A stretch of DNA of 63,419 nucleotides, filler included, from Octopus bimaculoides (lineage: Eukaryota), in the NCBI RefSeq assembly GCF_001194135.2. It is 7 parts of 6 records of this genome, joined end to end, with 100 filler letters (N's around TTAATTAATTAA, not from the genome) between each part and the next. Parts side by side here need not be neighbours in the genome. Positions count along the whole stretch, not along the records: positions 1 to 27,386 come from NC_068999.1; 6 more parts are not named here. One strand, 5' to 3'. The notes under the pieces are model-generated. The model was not told the DNA's origin, did not search any database, and worked only from the letters and a program-made list of their open reading frames with translations. Below, one piece after another: positions 1 to 15,194 of this stretch. Each line of letters starts with the position of its first letter. Positions within the stretch are counted from its first letter, which is position 1. A program made the translations under genes and the position numbers.

Positions 1-33
<33 letters not shown>

Positions 34-945
34 TTATATATGTATGTACGTAGTTATGTTTATATGTATGAATATACATATGTGCGCTCGTGGGCGCGTA
101 TTCATAAACATATTCGTATGGAAAATGAAACTTGTTCAAAGCGTAATGGGATGAGGTTGAACCAGAAACCACATGGCTGCAATGCCAGCTTCGTAATAAA
201 ATGAGATTCGACGTCAGATAGATAAAGAAGTTTTATATGCGCAGGAAGAAAGTTTTCCAGCATGACAGTCAAAGAATTTCATTAGTGTTGTGTAGATTGC
301 TGGCAGTGTTCAAGCTAAGATGTAGATACTCTCGAGTCTCTCTCATTCCATCACTACTATATTATACGCAACACGATCTAATTTAATTTCAATTTCTCAT
401 TCCGGCCACTTGTGTATATAAATTTGCTCGACTGCCATTGTTTCACTTTTTCCCTTCTCAAAATCAACTTCATTTCAGCTGCAGGTCTTGGAGACAGAAC
501 GTTCCAACTTGCTGGATTTTATGGATTTTCTCCTTTCTATGTCTATCAAACTTTACAGTTCACGGAGGACTGTTATATGTGATAGGCATTACCTTGAAAT
601 TTTCCATCAGCTTAGACGTGAAACGAGATTATAATTTGAGCTGAGAGGTGAACTCCCAAAGCACAAAGCTCTCTTACGTTTGTCATTCTAAGACGCAGAA
701 TTTCAAGCTTTGATCATTTCAGCTATAACAACAGCTAGAGTATCTTTTTATTCAACATGTTTTTGTTTCACTAATCCTTCGTTGTAATATCCAGAGTTGT
801 TTTGGATATTGATTGCCATTGTTTCATTTACTGCTGTTGTTACTTGTTACTGCAGCTATAATGGTTGCTCATAAACAGATATTACAGAGTGGAGGAAATA
901 ATACGAACTGCATTTTTGTTGCTTATTATGATAGTTTTGACAAAA

Positions 946-1360
946 GCAGCGAGCTTGCAGAATCGTTAACACGCAGGGCGAAATGCTTAGCGGGAGTTCA
1001 AATTCCGCCTGAGGTCGACTTCGCCTTTCATTTTTTCGGGGTCAATGAAATAAATACCAGTTACACCCTGGGATTAATATAATCGACTAGCCCTCTTCCC
1101 AAGAAAAAAAATTTGCAAAGCCTTATGCTTAAAGTTAAAATAATTATAGTTTTCTCCAGCGAGCTGTCAGAATCGTTACCATTCGGCAAAATATGATTAG
1201 CGGAATTACTTCGACTTAACGGTCTGAGTTCAAATACTACCGAGGTTGACTTTGCCTTTTGTTCATGCAGGGCGATAAAATAAGTAATAATTGAGCGCTG
1301 GGGTCGAAGTGGTCGACGTACCCGCTCTTATTTTGTGCATAAATTTGAAACCGATATTAT
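946..1360 (+). mobile_element. Two tandem SINE-B copies (946-1140, 1157-1360)
   Basis: Head gcgagct(g)gcagaatcgtta..gcgaaatgcttagcgg, B-box-like gagttcaaat, conserved core gtcgactttgcctttcatcctttcggggtcgataaa..agtacc (recalled as Meta-type SINE domain). Confidence 0.8.
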
Positions 1361-1842
1361 TATTTGGTTGATTTTGAAGGGTGGTAGTCAATGTCTTTGA
1401 ATACTAGTATACTTCATAAGCGGGTGAGACCAATTAGGTTAGTAATCCTTAAAATCTTAATATAATGACAGCTGTGACTTTGTCCAATCGATGTTTACAT
1501 TGTTGAATTTAGAATTGTTGTTGTTTCTTTTCAACATCGAAAGAGTTAATAGTTTCGTACTTCCACAAATGAAGCGCGGTTTTTTTTTTTCATTTTGCCG
1601 TTACAGAAAATTACATTCTAATGTCTAAACCACGTATATCATAAAAAAAGAAAAACTAAGAAATGTTTATGTGTAGTCAACATGTGCAAATCTATTTCTT
1701 ATCTCAGAAAGTTTGCTTGCAACGTATCTTCATAATGTCTGTGAAAATCTCCAAAGAATCGAGTTGTTGCATGAGAACTTCGTTACTCAATATGTCATTC
1801 AAAGATTTACGATAGGGGATTTGTAATATAATTCAAGAAATT

Positions 1843-2050
1843 CAGTGGTGAGCTGTCAGAGTCATTAGATCGCCTGGCAAAATGTTTATCGGCATTTCGT
1901 CTGTACTTACGCTCTGAATTCAAATTCCGCTGAGGTTGACTTTGCTTTTCATCCTTTCGGGATTGATTAAATAAGTACCAATGAAACACTGGGGTCGTTG
2001 TAATCGACTGGTCCCCTCCCTGTAATTGCTAGCCATTTGAAACCAGGAAG
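1843..2050 (+). mobile_element. SINE-B copy
   Basis: Same head, core and tail motifs as the other SINE-B copies. Confidence 0.8.
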
Positions 2051-3608
2051 ATTAAAGAAATTATAAAACTATTATTCGATTTCTTGTAGCTCAGATGACA
2101 GGATAGAGTATCTCTTCTGTGCTCGTGGTTCGGGTTGCTATCTTCGTTGTTGTTTAATAACAAATGGTTTCTGAGATGACATATCTATAACCACACGTGT
2201 TCTTAGCGTGTCCATCTCATCTTAAGTTCAATTGTCTATATTAGGACATAATTATCAAACATGTCCTTCCTTCATTCTTAAACGTCAGTCTGATTTAAGA
2301 GAGACATAACTGCAGTTCTGGAGTAGCGAAACAGCCGAACCAACTGCGTAGACGCTCTTACATTCTATCAAGTCTTTTATATTATTTCAGAGTTCTATTT
2401 AACATTGTTTCTCTTGGGTGTGTATTTCAGTCGACAATATCTCATAACTGATCAGAAATTCATCATACAATCTTGTAATTGTTGTCAATGGATACGTTAT
2501 CCAATCTCTTCGTTTCTACATTAAATCCAGTTTGGTTGCAATTTTTAACAAGTTGTACAACTCCGAGAGACTCCCTGTTGAATATCATCTTTTTTTGCTT
2601 GTTGTTTATATTGTAATGGTGCTGTTTTTCATGATTTTGTTCTTACTGAGATGCAGTTTTATCGCTGTTAATCTCAGGCAGACGCGAGTTATTATTCTTA
2701 TCGTGATAGTCATATCCTGACACCATTTCCGTGACTATCTGTAACACGTATCGTTTGGCTGGTCGATAGCGAGAAACAAATAGATTTTAGTATTTCCCTT
2801 CCTGAACAATTAAAATTTTCCGAGAAAAATCTGTTTCCCCAGTTACCACATAGTTTCCAAACTCAATGAGGTGATAAAAACAACTTATATTCAATGGAAG
2901 TAAATTAGTTTTCTCAAAACGTGCAGAGTTTTCCTTGTTATGTCTCACTAAGTTCATAGTCGACAACAACAGCGACAAGAACAACACCATCAACAAAAAC
3001 GTAATATCAGCTATAACAATAAGAGAACGTTGGCTTAAGGTGTGATACATTTAAATGTTACACTCCTGTTATACATAACATTATGCCTAACTTACGAGTG
3101 CTCATTAAAAGCGACACACAATTATGAAAAAAAAAAAAGCGCACACACACACAAACACAAACAAAAAAATGAAGGGAAGATGTAGGAAGAAGATAGAAAT
3201 CTAAACACTCTAATGATGTTAAGTGATATATAATAGGCAATGACAATATAATACGTTCTTAGTAGAAAGAATGTGCGCTAGAAATAAAACAAAATGATCG
3301 GCTATTGCTTAAGCGAATGAACAGATTGCAATGCAATTCATTAGACAGACGTCATGGAACATACATCCGGGCGGAAGGAAGAAAACAATAGAATGTAACT
3401 GGATACGAATAGAATAAATATGATTTTGTAATATAACGTTAATATATTAGAGTATCCATTGCATACGTAAAATTAACGTACGTACACACATTCCGTTAAT
3501 AAAAGATGTGATATGAGACGAAACCAAAAATGAGATGTAATCTTGTAAAAATTACTGAAAGGACAACGATCGGAATACCAACGCCCACTAATATGTCATA
3601 TCCCCTAA

Positions 3609-3648
<40 letters not shown>

Positions 3649-3735
3649 CCACCCACATCCACATCCACCCATACATACACACACACACACACACACATAC
3701 CGACACCCACCCACACACATCCACCCACACCCACC

Positions 3736-3775
<40 letters not shown>
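3609..3775. repeat. Compound (CA)n/(CACC) microsatellite; dozens of other (TA)n, (CA)n and (TACA)n tracts occur throughout
   Basis: Direct reading. Confidence 0.95.
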
Positions 3776-3776
<1 letters not shown>

Positions 3777-3794
3777 TCTTTCGCACGTTTCAGT

Positions 3795-4015
3795 AATCTG
3801 ACTACAGCCATGCTGGAGCACCGCGTTAAAGGGTTTTAGTCGAAGACATCGGCTCCAAAACTTATTCTTTGTAAGTTTGGTACTTAGTGTATCACGACTG
3901 GCTTGTTTTAGTTTCTGTCTACCAAATCCACTTGGCCAAGGTGCTACGCAGTAGGACTGAACTCGGAACCATGTGGCTGGGAAGCAAGCTTCTTACTACA
4001 TAGCCATGCCGTGCC
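3795..4015 (-). mobile_element. SINE-A, internally deleted copy
   Basis: Reverse complement of head and tail motifs. Confidence 0.7.
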
Positions 4016-6976
4016 CTTGTATATATATATTACAATAGATTAACCGAATCAACACTGGATCATCTATCACAACATAGAGCAGAATTAAATATCTAAACAT
4101 CGATACATTTCAAACATCCGTAGCGCTCCACTAAATAGCTAAACATAACTCACTTTTACAGAGAATTGTGTCCAGAGAAGAAAATTCTGATATAAATAGG
4201 TAGATTGATCTCATCCATTTTGTAGCTATTGTAGTATCGATGGAAACCGGATTTGAACCGAATAGCGTAATATCTTCCGTTGCCATACATATAAAAAAGA
4301 CTTGAAGAATGAATGCAATACATAAAATTGGAAAAATGCCCCAATAATCTCCAGAAAGAACTACTTTACTTAGTGAGGTAGAAAGATCTGTGATGGAGTT
4401 TCTCAAAAGGTAAAGGAAAAAAAAAAAATCAACGAACAACTTAAAAGATATATAAATTGAGACAAAGACCTCTTGGAAGCAAACGAAGAGATCAAACACA
4501 TTATAACCCGAAAGTTTCACCGAGGAAGACGCTACGGAACGCATGAGTTGTTCTTTCTGGAGGGAAAACTCTTTGAATCTAAAAAGAAAACCATTTTAAT
4601 GGGGGCATGAACAAAAATGAATAAATATAACTTGAAAATAAAAATAAATAAATATGACTTAAAAATTTAAGCCAAAGATATGAATGACATGCCAAACATA
4701 AACAACGGAAGTTCAAACACATTGCAAGAAAATATGAAAGAAAACATTCACGTAGTCAAAGGGAAGAAAAGATGAAAAGAAAAAGGCTTAAGGAAAATAA
4801 ATCAATAACACTCTATGCTTCGATCACCATAACTAGCACTCATTATCACTCCAAAGACACGACACATCTGCAAAGTTTCTGCTATTTAAGAACCACCAAG
4901 GCGTCGATGAAGCATCTAACTAGCTGTCATTGATCTGTGACACGAACTTTCAATGAATTAAGAAAGAAATCGAAATTAACATCTGGAAGATTAATAGAAG
5001 GGGTTAGAAATACAGATTACCGAAAACCAAAGCAGCAGAGACCTTAAAGCAATAGTTTGTTTGACAACTTATAAAACCCTCACACCGCTAATATATCAAA
5101 TGCTGGAAAATAACCAAATGTAATAACATCGTGTGTCGGTAAGGGTTATGTGTTAATAAAACAGCTGCTGGGGAACTGAAAAATATTTGAAAGCTGTGAA
5201 AATATAAAAATACATAGGCATGACACAAGTTGTTAGCGTAAAACATTTGATAAGATTCTACGCTCTTTAATGGCCAATGAAATACATTCAGTACGAAACA
5301 TGTAAATGAACCGTGCAACTTGGAAGTGGTAAAAAACAATAAGGCTAGAAGGCCAAGATTTAATGAAGAACACGGATATACCCATGAGGAACAGTTACTT
5401 ACGGAACAACTGTGTATTCTATATATTTGTTTGCCTAACTCTGACTCAGTTTAATTTTGTAAATGAAATCCCTACAGATTCTAAATGTTACTAACAAACA
5501 AAAATACAATCTTCCCTCGATGGATGATTCGAAATTATTTACAAGTATCAATTCCCAGATGAAGACCTAAGAAAAAGTTTTCATGTGTTTAGTAGGGATA
5601 TGAAATAATGAATATGCTGCTGAACAAACATATTTAAACTACTCCTAGAAGGACCAACACCAAGAACATACATTAGAATAGGTTGAGAAAATGGAAATTT
5701 GAGCATAGAACTGCGAATAAGTTGAAAATAGACTGACTGGAAGCAACTAGAAAGTTTCTGCCATTTAAGAAATAAAGTCGTGAAGAAAACATATGTTACA
5801 ACGCTATTCAATGATTTATGCTAATAAACAAAGCAAAATTAACAGCTTGAAGATAAATAGAATCCGCCGCACTATCACCAGAAGGCACTAAAATATAGCT
5901 TGTTTGACAGCAGCTTATAAATCTCTTATATCTATACTATGTAACACTGTAATAATTACTGAATTTAAAATAGAAACAACTTTTCATGTGAAGGTAGTAA
6001 CATATGAATATGATTCGATATAATACAGTGAAAAATTTTTCGTTTCGTTTTCAGTATATGGAAAGAAATTCACCGCGTCTCTTTACAAACCTCGTAAGTT
6101 GGTGGCGCAAAGGAAAGATGCTATCATCAATCCAGGCGTGAAGCCAGAATGCGTATAACAGAGAGAGCTCCCCAAAAGGCATCTATACTGGATGATGAAG
6201 CAAATCTGTTACCGAAGTAGACTAGAAGAGGATTTGAAATTTGAACTAAAAGAGCCTCAACAGATGCACAAAGTACTCTTACAATTGTGATAATCTTAGC
6301 CTGGCGCTTATCGTCCTAGCTGGACACTTATCGTCTGGAATAAATATAAAACTGATGGTATTTCATTGGTATTTGACATCAGAATGCAAAAATATGGAAC
6401 AAATATCCTGAGTATATCTAGCGAGTCTGCCAAAGTGTCACGTAATATAAATGGAAATAACAAGAAAATATCTTAATAGACATGCCAGCAGATGGTTCTT
6501 AAAGCATTTAGCATATAGCAATAGCCAGTTGGACGGTTCACAGCTCACAATTGGACAGCTCGGTACGCGGCATTAAGAAGTCAGAACATTGACGAAACAT
6601 CGATGTTTGTCGCTCTGAGAAAAGGGATCTGGTGCGAGTTGTCTCACCTGGCTATGATCTGTTTTCGAGTGTTTTTATACAAATGTCATTGCGATTATCT
6701 TCTTTTGCGCCTAACAAAACGCAGACGTCAGATAAACTAACAATGTACACACATCGGGTATGTGTATCCGGCTTTGTTTATAATCTTAATGCTTAAAAGA
6801 AGTGATCAAATTTGTTTTAGCTAGGTGATTGGTATAAATACAATGTTTATCCAGATAATAGCACAATAGATCGTAACATGACAAACTGAAAGTAATTAAC
6901 ATAAAAATTAGAAATTTATCGAGAGCATTCAGAATCTACAATACTAAAACCAATATTGTTGTAATATGCTAAACTT

Positions 6977-6980
<4 letters not shown>

Positions 6981-7072
<92 letters not shown>
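6981..7072. repeat. (AG)n microsatellite
   Basis: Direct reading. Confidence 0.95.
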
Positions 7073-7073
<1 letters not shown>

Positions 7074-7517
7074 AGGGGGAGGGGGAGGGAGGGAGAGAGA
7101 AAGAGAGACAGAGTGAGAGAGAATGATATTTGCTAAAAATAGAGAGTTATCGAAAAGAAACAGCAGCCCGCAAATTAAAAATGAATGTAAATAATTTTAT
7201 TTTCAGAATTAGCTTTTCTTAAGGCACAAAAAATAAACAAGTAAAGGACAACGCCGAAGTACGGCAAGGAAGCAGTTTTTGATAAACACAAAACAGCATG
7301 AAGAGGGGGCAAAAAGGCATCAAACCGAAAACGGAATTTCAAGATACATTACAGAAAAAAATAAGAACATAAAACACTCTCCACGCTTAATATCCTGCAA
7401 GCGTTGACAGAGGAAGTAAAGAGGAGTGGAATATGAAAATAACTCCGAAGCCCTGTACTAAAACGAGACAGGAAAGGTCAGATTTCAGCTTCACATACAC
7501 GCAATTATGACACTGCT

Positions 7518-7547
7518 ATCTATCTATCTACCTACCTACCTACCTAC

Positions 7548-7620
<73 letters not shown>

Positions 7621-7621
7621 C
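7518..7621. repeat. (ATCT)n / (ACCT)n microsatellite; similar (ATCT)n tracts at 20849-20915, 22575-22800, 23428-23486
   Basis: Direct reading. Confidence 0.95.
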
Positions 7622-8443
7622 AAGTAAGTGAATATCTAAACCTTGGTATACATCTGGCAGTATGCCAATTAAAGCACTTTAGCCGTCTACGGCTACCTGA
7701 AGTCATCTACTTTATTGATACAGATGCAATTGGTTCTACCTCAGGAATTCCACAGTGTCCACCGAATATATAACAAATAAGAGAAACAGAAAGAGCTGTG
7801 GGCAAGGTTGTCACCCTTGTCAGTACACAGAACTGTGCTTTGTTCGTGAGTAAAGAGTATTTGACTTTGGTTTCTAGCAATACTGGTACTCTCCTGCACC
7901 ATTAGGCACTTTTAATGAAGGCGAATCCTTTCCTTTTCGGTTTTAAATTGCATCTAGCAACCATAATTAGTTTATAATTTTCACAGTACCAATTAGCTGA
8001 ATGAACCATTGACACCTATAATAAATTCTATAAATATTGGCAGGGGCAGTTCAGCTTCAGGACAAGCAATGTAGTACCATCACCAATGAGCATAAATTTC
8101 TTGCGAAACTGGCGTGACAATCTGCTGACCTCGCTTTCTGTGGGGAGGTTGTCTTCCACGTCAGTACATAGAACTGTGCTTTGTTCGAGGCTAAATAAAT
8201 CTTTGACTCTTGTTTCTAGCAATGCTGTTACTGCCTAGCACCCTTAGTCACTTTTGGTGACTGTATATATGGTTGGGGGAAAAATAACGGTCTCCCATGA
8301 TTATTCGCAGAACATTCTCAATCGTCTCCTCGTTTTGGCTTCTGGATGACACGCCTTGGCGAACCCCGCTCTCCACTGAGGTACGGCCATGTTTCAAGAG
8401 GTTATAACACTCCTTGATACATACACAAACACACACATATACG

Positions 8444-8477
<34 letters not shown>

Positions 8478-9615
8478 CATACATATGTATGCATGTGTGT
8501 GTGTGTGTGTGTTTGTGTATGCGTATTATTTATTTAACAGGCACAATACTTGTATTTAAGAGCTTAAATACATGTATTATACCCTTTAAATAAATAATAT
8601 TTATCCCTCACCATATGGAATACATTTTTGTTGAATTTTCTACCACGGACCAGTATAACACACACACACACACACATTGAAATAAGTGCCATGAATAATA
8701 TACTGCTCTATATAGCTGTATATAGGCACCTTCCAGTAAACATAGTACAATTCAGACAGTATGTATTCAAATCGTATCGTGCATAATCTATAATAACACA
8801 ACACACGTACCATAGATAATTCAAACTTGATAGTATAGCAGAAACCTCACTTCTCATAATCTACGAAGATGCCACCTAAAATTATCATCCAATTCACAAT
8901 ATATACGAAAAAATTTCATCACACAACTAATTAAATTAATGATACTGAACCAAATGAAAAAGGTGTAGCAAACAAATATTATCGTATACTCCCAAAAGAC
9001 GACACAGTATCTACCTCAGAAAAATGAAGTTATATCTTGCTGTTTAGTAGAAAAGCGCTTGAATTTGCAGACAGAATGATAAGAATAGTGTAATACAGTT
9101 TCATCTTGGCTGCTGTACGCAATATTTTGATAATATACTATTCAATTATTTAAGTTAACTTATATCTAGTGCTATGAGATTATATATTGTGTACTCTGAA
9201 AGAAAAATTTAGAATGTGGATTCAAGATACAAATTCGATGTAACTTTGAGATATGTCGGACCTGGCGCACCTCTAAAATATGTTTAATCATTTTTCAATC
9301 TGTTAAATTTTTAAAAGATTAACCAATCGATAATTGTATTTACTAGATCTCTAAAATAAGAACTACGTTGACAATATATTGTATAATATTTCTTTCTAAT
9401 TTCCATCGGAATTTTCATAGATTATATATATATATTTTTTTGTTTTGCTGAATTTTCCAACACATCCTAACATTTCTGTAACACTATCAACAACAATAAT
9501 CTGTGATATAGAGATTTTGGTGTTTCTTCTTGTTTCGTTTTTCTGTTGTTCACTATAACCAGCTAAATATTCTATCGATGAGAGGAGAGATAGTTTATGA
9601 TACTGGCGATGGTGG

Positions 9616-10078
9616 AAGGCGGTGAGCTGGCAGAAACATGAGCACGGCAGGCGAAATGCTCAGCGGTATTTCGTCTATCATTATGTTCTGAGTTCAAATT
9701 CCACCGAAGTTAACTTTGCCTATCATCCTTTCGGGGTGGATTAATTAAGTACCAGTTGCGTGCTAGGGTTGATCTAATTGACTGGCCCTCTCCCCCAAAA
9801 GTTTGGGCCTTTTGCCTAGATTAGAAAAGAATAAGACCTTTCAGTAAATACTATCTTTAACGCGGCGAGCTGACAGAAACGTTAACACGCCGGGCGAAAT
9901 GCTTAGCGATATTTCGTCTGTCTTTATGTTCTGAGTTCACATTCTGCCGAGGTTGACTTTGCCTTCCATCCTTTCGGGGTCGATAAATTAAGTACCACTT
10001 GCGTACTACGGTCGATCTTATCGACTGCCTTCCACCTCCCCAAAAATTTCGTGCCTTGTGCCTAGAGGTGAAAAATAT
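9616..10078 (+). mobile_element. Two tandem SINE-B copies (9616-9835, 9859-10078)
   Basis: Near full-length copies with tail ..cccccaaaatttc..gccttgtgcctag. Confidence 0.85.
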
Positions 10079-11028
10079 TGGGGAGTGTGGGCCAATAGAC
10101 AGGTAAGTTGGGCACTTCTCTAAGGAAAAAAAAAACACACAAGCAGCATTCTTTTCACTTCTCTACCTTCTACGTTCAAATCTAGCGGAACTCAGCATTT
10201 CCTTTCCGCATCGAAAAATAAAATACCAAAGTAATATTTAGGATTGGGTGCTCTTTTGGGAGTAATCTGTTTTCGTCAAAACTGAAGATAAGAGGGTCAA
10301 ATATATTCACAACGGTGCTGTTATTAATCTGCAATGAAACGAGGAGACGAATGGAATTAATTCTTCAATGAATATAAGAGCCAGGTTCATATTTCTCTGA
10401 ATAATTTAATACTGAAGAAATACATAAAAGGTGACCAGGCTCCAATGCAGTGGAATGAAAATCTGTATTATTTTGTCAACTTAATCAATGAAGTGATTAG
10501 ACTTGCAGAGAAGTCAGTGCATTGGGCGAAATATCTTACTGTATCTCTCAAAATCCGTGTGATAATGTAAGAAATTAGCATAATAGTTTATATTTCATAA
10601 CAGAGTGCTGGTAGGCTTTGCTGGGTGTCATAGATTCCGGGTAGCAAAAACAACTTGATCATTTCTAGTAGCTGTTACATTTCAATGAATAAACATTTGG
10701 ACAGAGGACATCACTGCTATCTAATATTGATCACCTCTAACATCATTGACACATGTACGTAACTACAAATAACAAACAGACATATATATAGGAAGGTGTT
10801 TATTGCGCTGGGTAACCGTGATGGAAACTTCTAATACATGAATTTTGTTCATGACAGTTCGCTCCCTAGATTATAAAGGATGCCAGCTCTTACACCAATT
10901 TACACTGCTTAGCAAACTTTATGGAAAGTGCATCTGCCAACAGCTCACTATATGCAAATCAGTAGAAGTATCAGCATCTTCTAGCTCATTATTATTAGAG
11001 AATATTCGTTACTCTTCCTCTCTCGTTG

Positions 11029-11059
<31 letters not shown>

Positions 11060-11224
11060 TAGAATAAGAAAAGAAAGTTCGCGGTACAATATAATCTATT
11101 TCAAAAGACAAGGACCGACGATATTTATTGGATACTTTTTATATTAATAATACTGTTTATTAAAATATTATCCAANNNNNNNNNNTATATATATATATAT
11201 ATATATGCGTGTGTGTGGAGGGGT

Positions 11225-11440
11225 ATGTTAATGTGTCTGTGTTTGTACCCCCACCATCGCTTGATAATCAATGTCGGTGTGTTTATGTCCCCTTAAACAA
11301 GCGGTTCGGCAAAAAAGCTCGATAGAATAAGTACTGTGCTTACAAAGAATAAGTCATGTGCTCGATTTGCTTGACTAAAGGTGGTGCTCCATCAAGGCCG
11401 CAGTCAAATGACTGAAACATATAAAAGAATAAAAGAATAA
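11225..11440 (+). mobile_element. SINE-A 3' half (5' part lost at gap)
   Basis: gtttgtacccccaccatcgcttga..gaataagt..ggtggtgctcca..aatgactgaaac. Confidence 0.75.
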
Positions 11441-11828
11441 CATATGCTAATAGAGTTCTAAGTCCATATACGGTGATTCCGTTAGTTCCAATTTTATTCT
11501 TATTATTCTATGAAAATCCAAAAGAAAATACACGAACAATGCGCTGCTATTAGTATGTAATTCAAAAAGGACCGAAATGTTCGTTAAACATTAATGGACT
11601 CAGAGCAATTATAATTACCCAAGCACCCGCAAAAAATGTTATAAAACAACAATTAAGTAAAATAAAAACAACGGATAATTCAGTTGAACTAGAGCAGAGA
11701 TTAGTGCCGACATTAAACCGTTTCCTCATAACCGAATACATACATATGATATATATATATATATATATATATTTATGTATATTTATATATATCTATATAC
11801 ACACGCACACAAACATACACACCTTAAA

Positions 11829-11897
<69 letters not shown>

Positions 11898-12167
11898 NNN
11901 NNNNNNNNNNNNNNNNNNNNNNNNNNNNNNNNNNNNNNNNNNNNNNNNNNNNNNNNNNNNNNNNNNNNNNNNNNNNNNNNNNNNNNNNNNNNNNNNNNNN
12001 NNNNNNNNNNNNNNNNNNNNNNNNNNNNNNNNNNNNNNNNNNNNNNNNNNNNNNNNNNNNNNNNNNNNNNNNNNNNNNNNNNNNNNNNNNNNNNNNNNNN
12101 NNNNNNNNNNNNNNNNNNNNNNNNNNNNNNNNNNNNNNNNNNNNNNNNNNNNNNNNNNNNNNNNNNN

Positions 12168-12250
12168 CTATATATGGGAGAATATACAAAAAATAACAAC
12201 AGACGAGGACAGGTGGTGTAAATAACAAAAGTATATATTAGTATGACGCT
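12168..12250 (-). mobile_element. Same pLTR-like family, truncated before the hammerhead
   Basis: Near-identical to 54670-54752 in opposite orientation. Confidence 0.45.
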
Positions 12251-15194
12251 ATATACATACATATATACCTATATACATATACCTATATACATACATATAA
12301 ATATTATATATATATATATGAATGTATGTGTGTATGTATGCTTATATATCTGTATGCATACGCATATTCATATATACATACGTGTGTATGCATATGTACA
12401 CATGCACACATACATACACACACGCACACACACACACTACATATATATGTACATACCCACATATGTCCTAATATATCTATTTAGATAATACTATTTAAAT
12501 GTTAGTTATAGTGCTACATAAACTTACATAGAAATTCAGATATACATTAAGTAGATAGTACTTTGAGACAGAGAGAGAAAAAAAAAACAGAGAAGCTTAA
12601 TGCAATATAAATAAATCTATATAAATAAACACATATATAAATAAAAGATAACTGGAAATAGATTTGTTTACTCGATATAAAGTATTGTTCTTTCTTTGAC
12701 ATTAGATAAGTTCTGTTGAGATATCAGTCTGGTTATTGAATACCTAAAATATGATACACTTTTAGGGATAACCATACCGTTCCGAATGGTCCTCTAACTC
12801 AAAGTTCTTGTACATGAAAGAAAGAAAAGAAGCGGTTGTACAGAAACAATATCTTTTATTGAAATATATGACTTTTGTATATATATATATATATATACAT
12901 ATACATAAACATATATATATATACATATATATACAGACATTTATATATATATATATTGGCTATCGCTGTGATTCTTAGTAAGTGAGATCATTTTGTTAAT
13001 GTTATATTTATGAAAGATATTGATCTTGTCTTTGAATCAACTAAAACATTACACGTCATCAGCTATGCAGCAAATATATATGTGTCTATATTCACACACA
13101 AACACACATATTAACACGCATGCTCATCTATCTACACACACACACATATGCCCGGACATGTATATAATGTATATATGTATGTAGATACATATATAAATAT
13201 AGATATACATGTACATACATATAACACGTTCCTACATATACTAATATATGAATATGCATATATATATATATTTATATACATACATATATTGTATGTTTTT
13301 GTGTCTCTGTCTATTTACATGCATATGCACTTCCATATATAGGTGGTGTGTTTGTGTTCCCAATGCTGAAATTGAAGAATGAAAGAAGACGATACTATTA
13401 ACAGTGTAGACATAAGTTACGTAATTATATGTTCAATTTATTATAATTCACGCCAGATTTCTTCTGATTCCTCAAACCGAAGTTGAGTTAAGTGAATTTG
13501 TGTATATATTCTTATTTGCATGTGCTCATGTGAATATGTGTGGAATTGTTGTAACTACAGCTTATCTAATTGGTTTCAAACATTATCTGCCATGTGCATT
13601 GCAGGGAGTTGGACTCTTAATTTGGGCAATTTCCTTGGTGCAGATAAACGATAGGCCAGTTATTTGATGGGGAAGAATATTTGGATTAATCTTGAAGAGT
13701 CAAGGTGACTGCGATTGAACCGTCAGTTGCTTGTGGTTGTCTACAATTGTCACGGTTGCAGGTTTATTGGTACCATCTAATGTGCATAAATGCCATGTAT
13801 CACAATCAACGAATATATACGTGTTTCTTCATATGTGATTGTGATCTTTGGAGTATATTTCCGTGAATATAGTAACACAAAATTTGTTAATACTTTTTAA
13901 CAAATGCATGCAGCTCTGGTTCTAGCAATGGGGAATACAAAAAAAAAAAAATTTCTTAGAGACGAACAGTTTCAAACGAGGAGCCAGAATGGAAAGAATC
14001 AAATGTCCATATTCAACAACAAATAAACAGTTTTTAATTAAAATACCAACAAAAATGTCACAAGAAGCACAGGCGCCAAAATGACATGAAGATAGCAAAA
14101 AACAATAAAATGACAAATTACATCAGCACCATTAACAAACAAACGCATTACTGTCACAACGGACTTCAAAAATTCTAACAAAAATTCTAACAAAACCAAC
14201 AGCAACAACAAGCAAGCAAGCAAACACACACATATACACATGCCCGCGCACAAACACACACATACACACGCACATACACATACGCGACATGAACACCGTT
14301 ATATAAAACTGAATTGGTCGGGTATATGAGAAAAGATATGCAGACAAAATGGTGGCCAAATAGAAAGAAACTGAGAAATTGATCTGCAAAAGAAAAAAAA
14401 AAAAACTAAAATCTATAGCGACAGCCGCTTACTGTAATGCTCAATGGTGATTTTAAGGCAAAGACTGGATAATATGTACTGAAGGCACCTAGAAGGATAT
14501 TCTTTCCTTAAAGACGAAGTCGAGGGTAAAATCTATGTTTCTTCTCCAACACAAATAGCCTCATTCACAATAAACGCACATAGCCTGGGAACATTGAAGA
14601 AGCCAAGTCACTTACCTATCTCATTTATTATCTCATTCATTAAAATAATTTTGTAAGTCAACGCACACGTGCACACTTTTGAAAAGTACAAGATATAGTC
14701 ATAAAGTCGTCTATCGCGATCAGGCGAGAAAATAGCTGTGCTGTCCAAGGATAAGTTTGGATGTAGAGGTACAGTGAATGTTTAACGATGCACTTGCTAA
14801 GTTACTAGTACTACATGTAAAGAGCAATAATGACTGCACGCAATGACTAGTGACTGTCACTGACCAACAGCCGAAGTGTAAACAGGTTTGTTGGCGCACC
14901 CAAAGTTTAGTCCGGTTGTTCCGACATTTATAAGTAGGATACAGAGATTTTGATGACCCCCAAGTAATAGAGGGTACACAAAGTCTCATATACTAATGCA
15001 TCGGTTTCAGACTGTATAACAGAATGAAGGTTTCAATGTGAATATGGTTCGGACATAATAGGTCATTCAGATCATATATCGATAGAGAGCACATTAGATT
15101 AATAGAGAGAGATAAGTGTACGGTATCCACAATTGAAGATGATCGGTTTCACTGATAATAACTATGTGACCTGTACGGTATACATAAATAGGTA

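Noticed and set aside
433-835. Short direct repeat tgccattgtttca at about 433 and 813
   Set aside because: Only about 16 bp, with no supporting LTR or coding structure.
3496-3821. ORFs rich in CV/HT/YI/LSIY/poly-Y/poly-I
   Set aside because: Translations of (CA)n, (TA)n, (ATCT)n and (AAT)n repeats.
4040-6480. Possible decayed LINE with a zinc-finger-like CKV..FKNHQGV..KHLTSCH near 4870-4930
   Set aside because: Needs two frameshifts and no RT motif was found; a frameshift-aware tblastx would be needed to support it.
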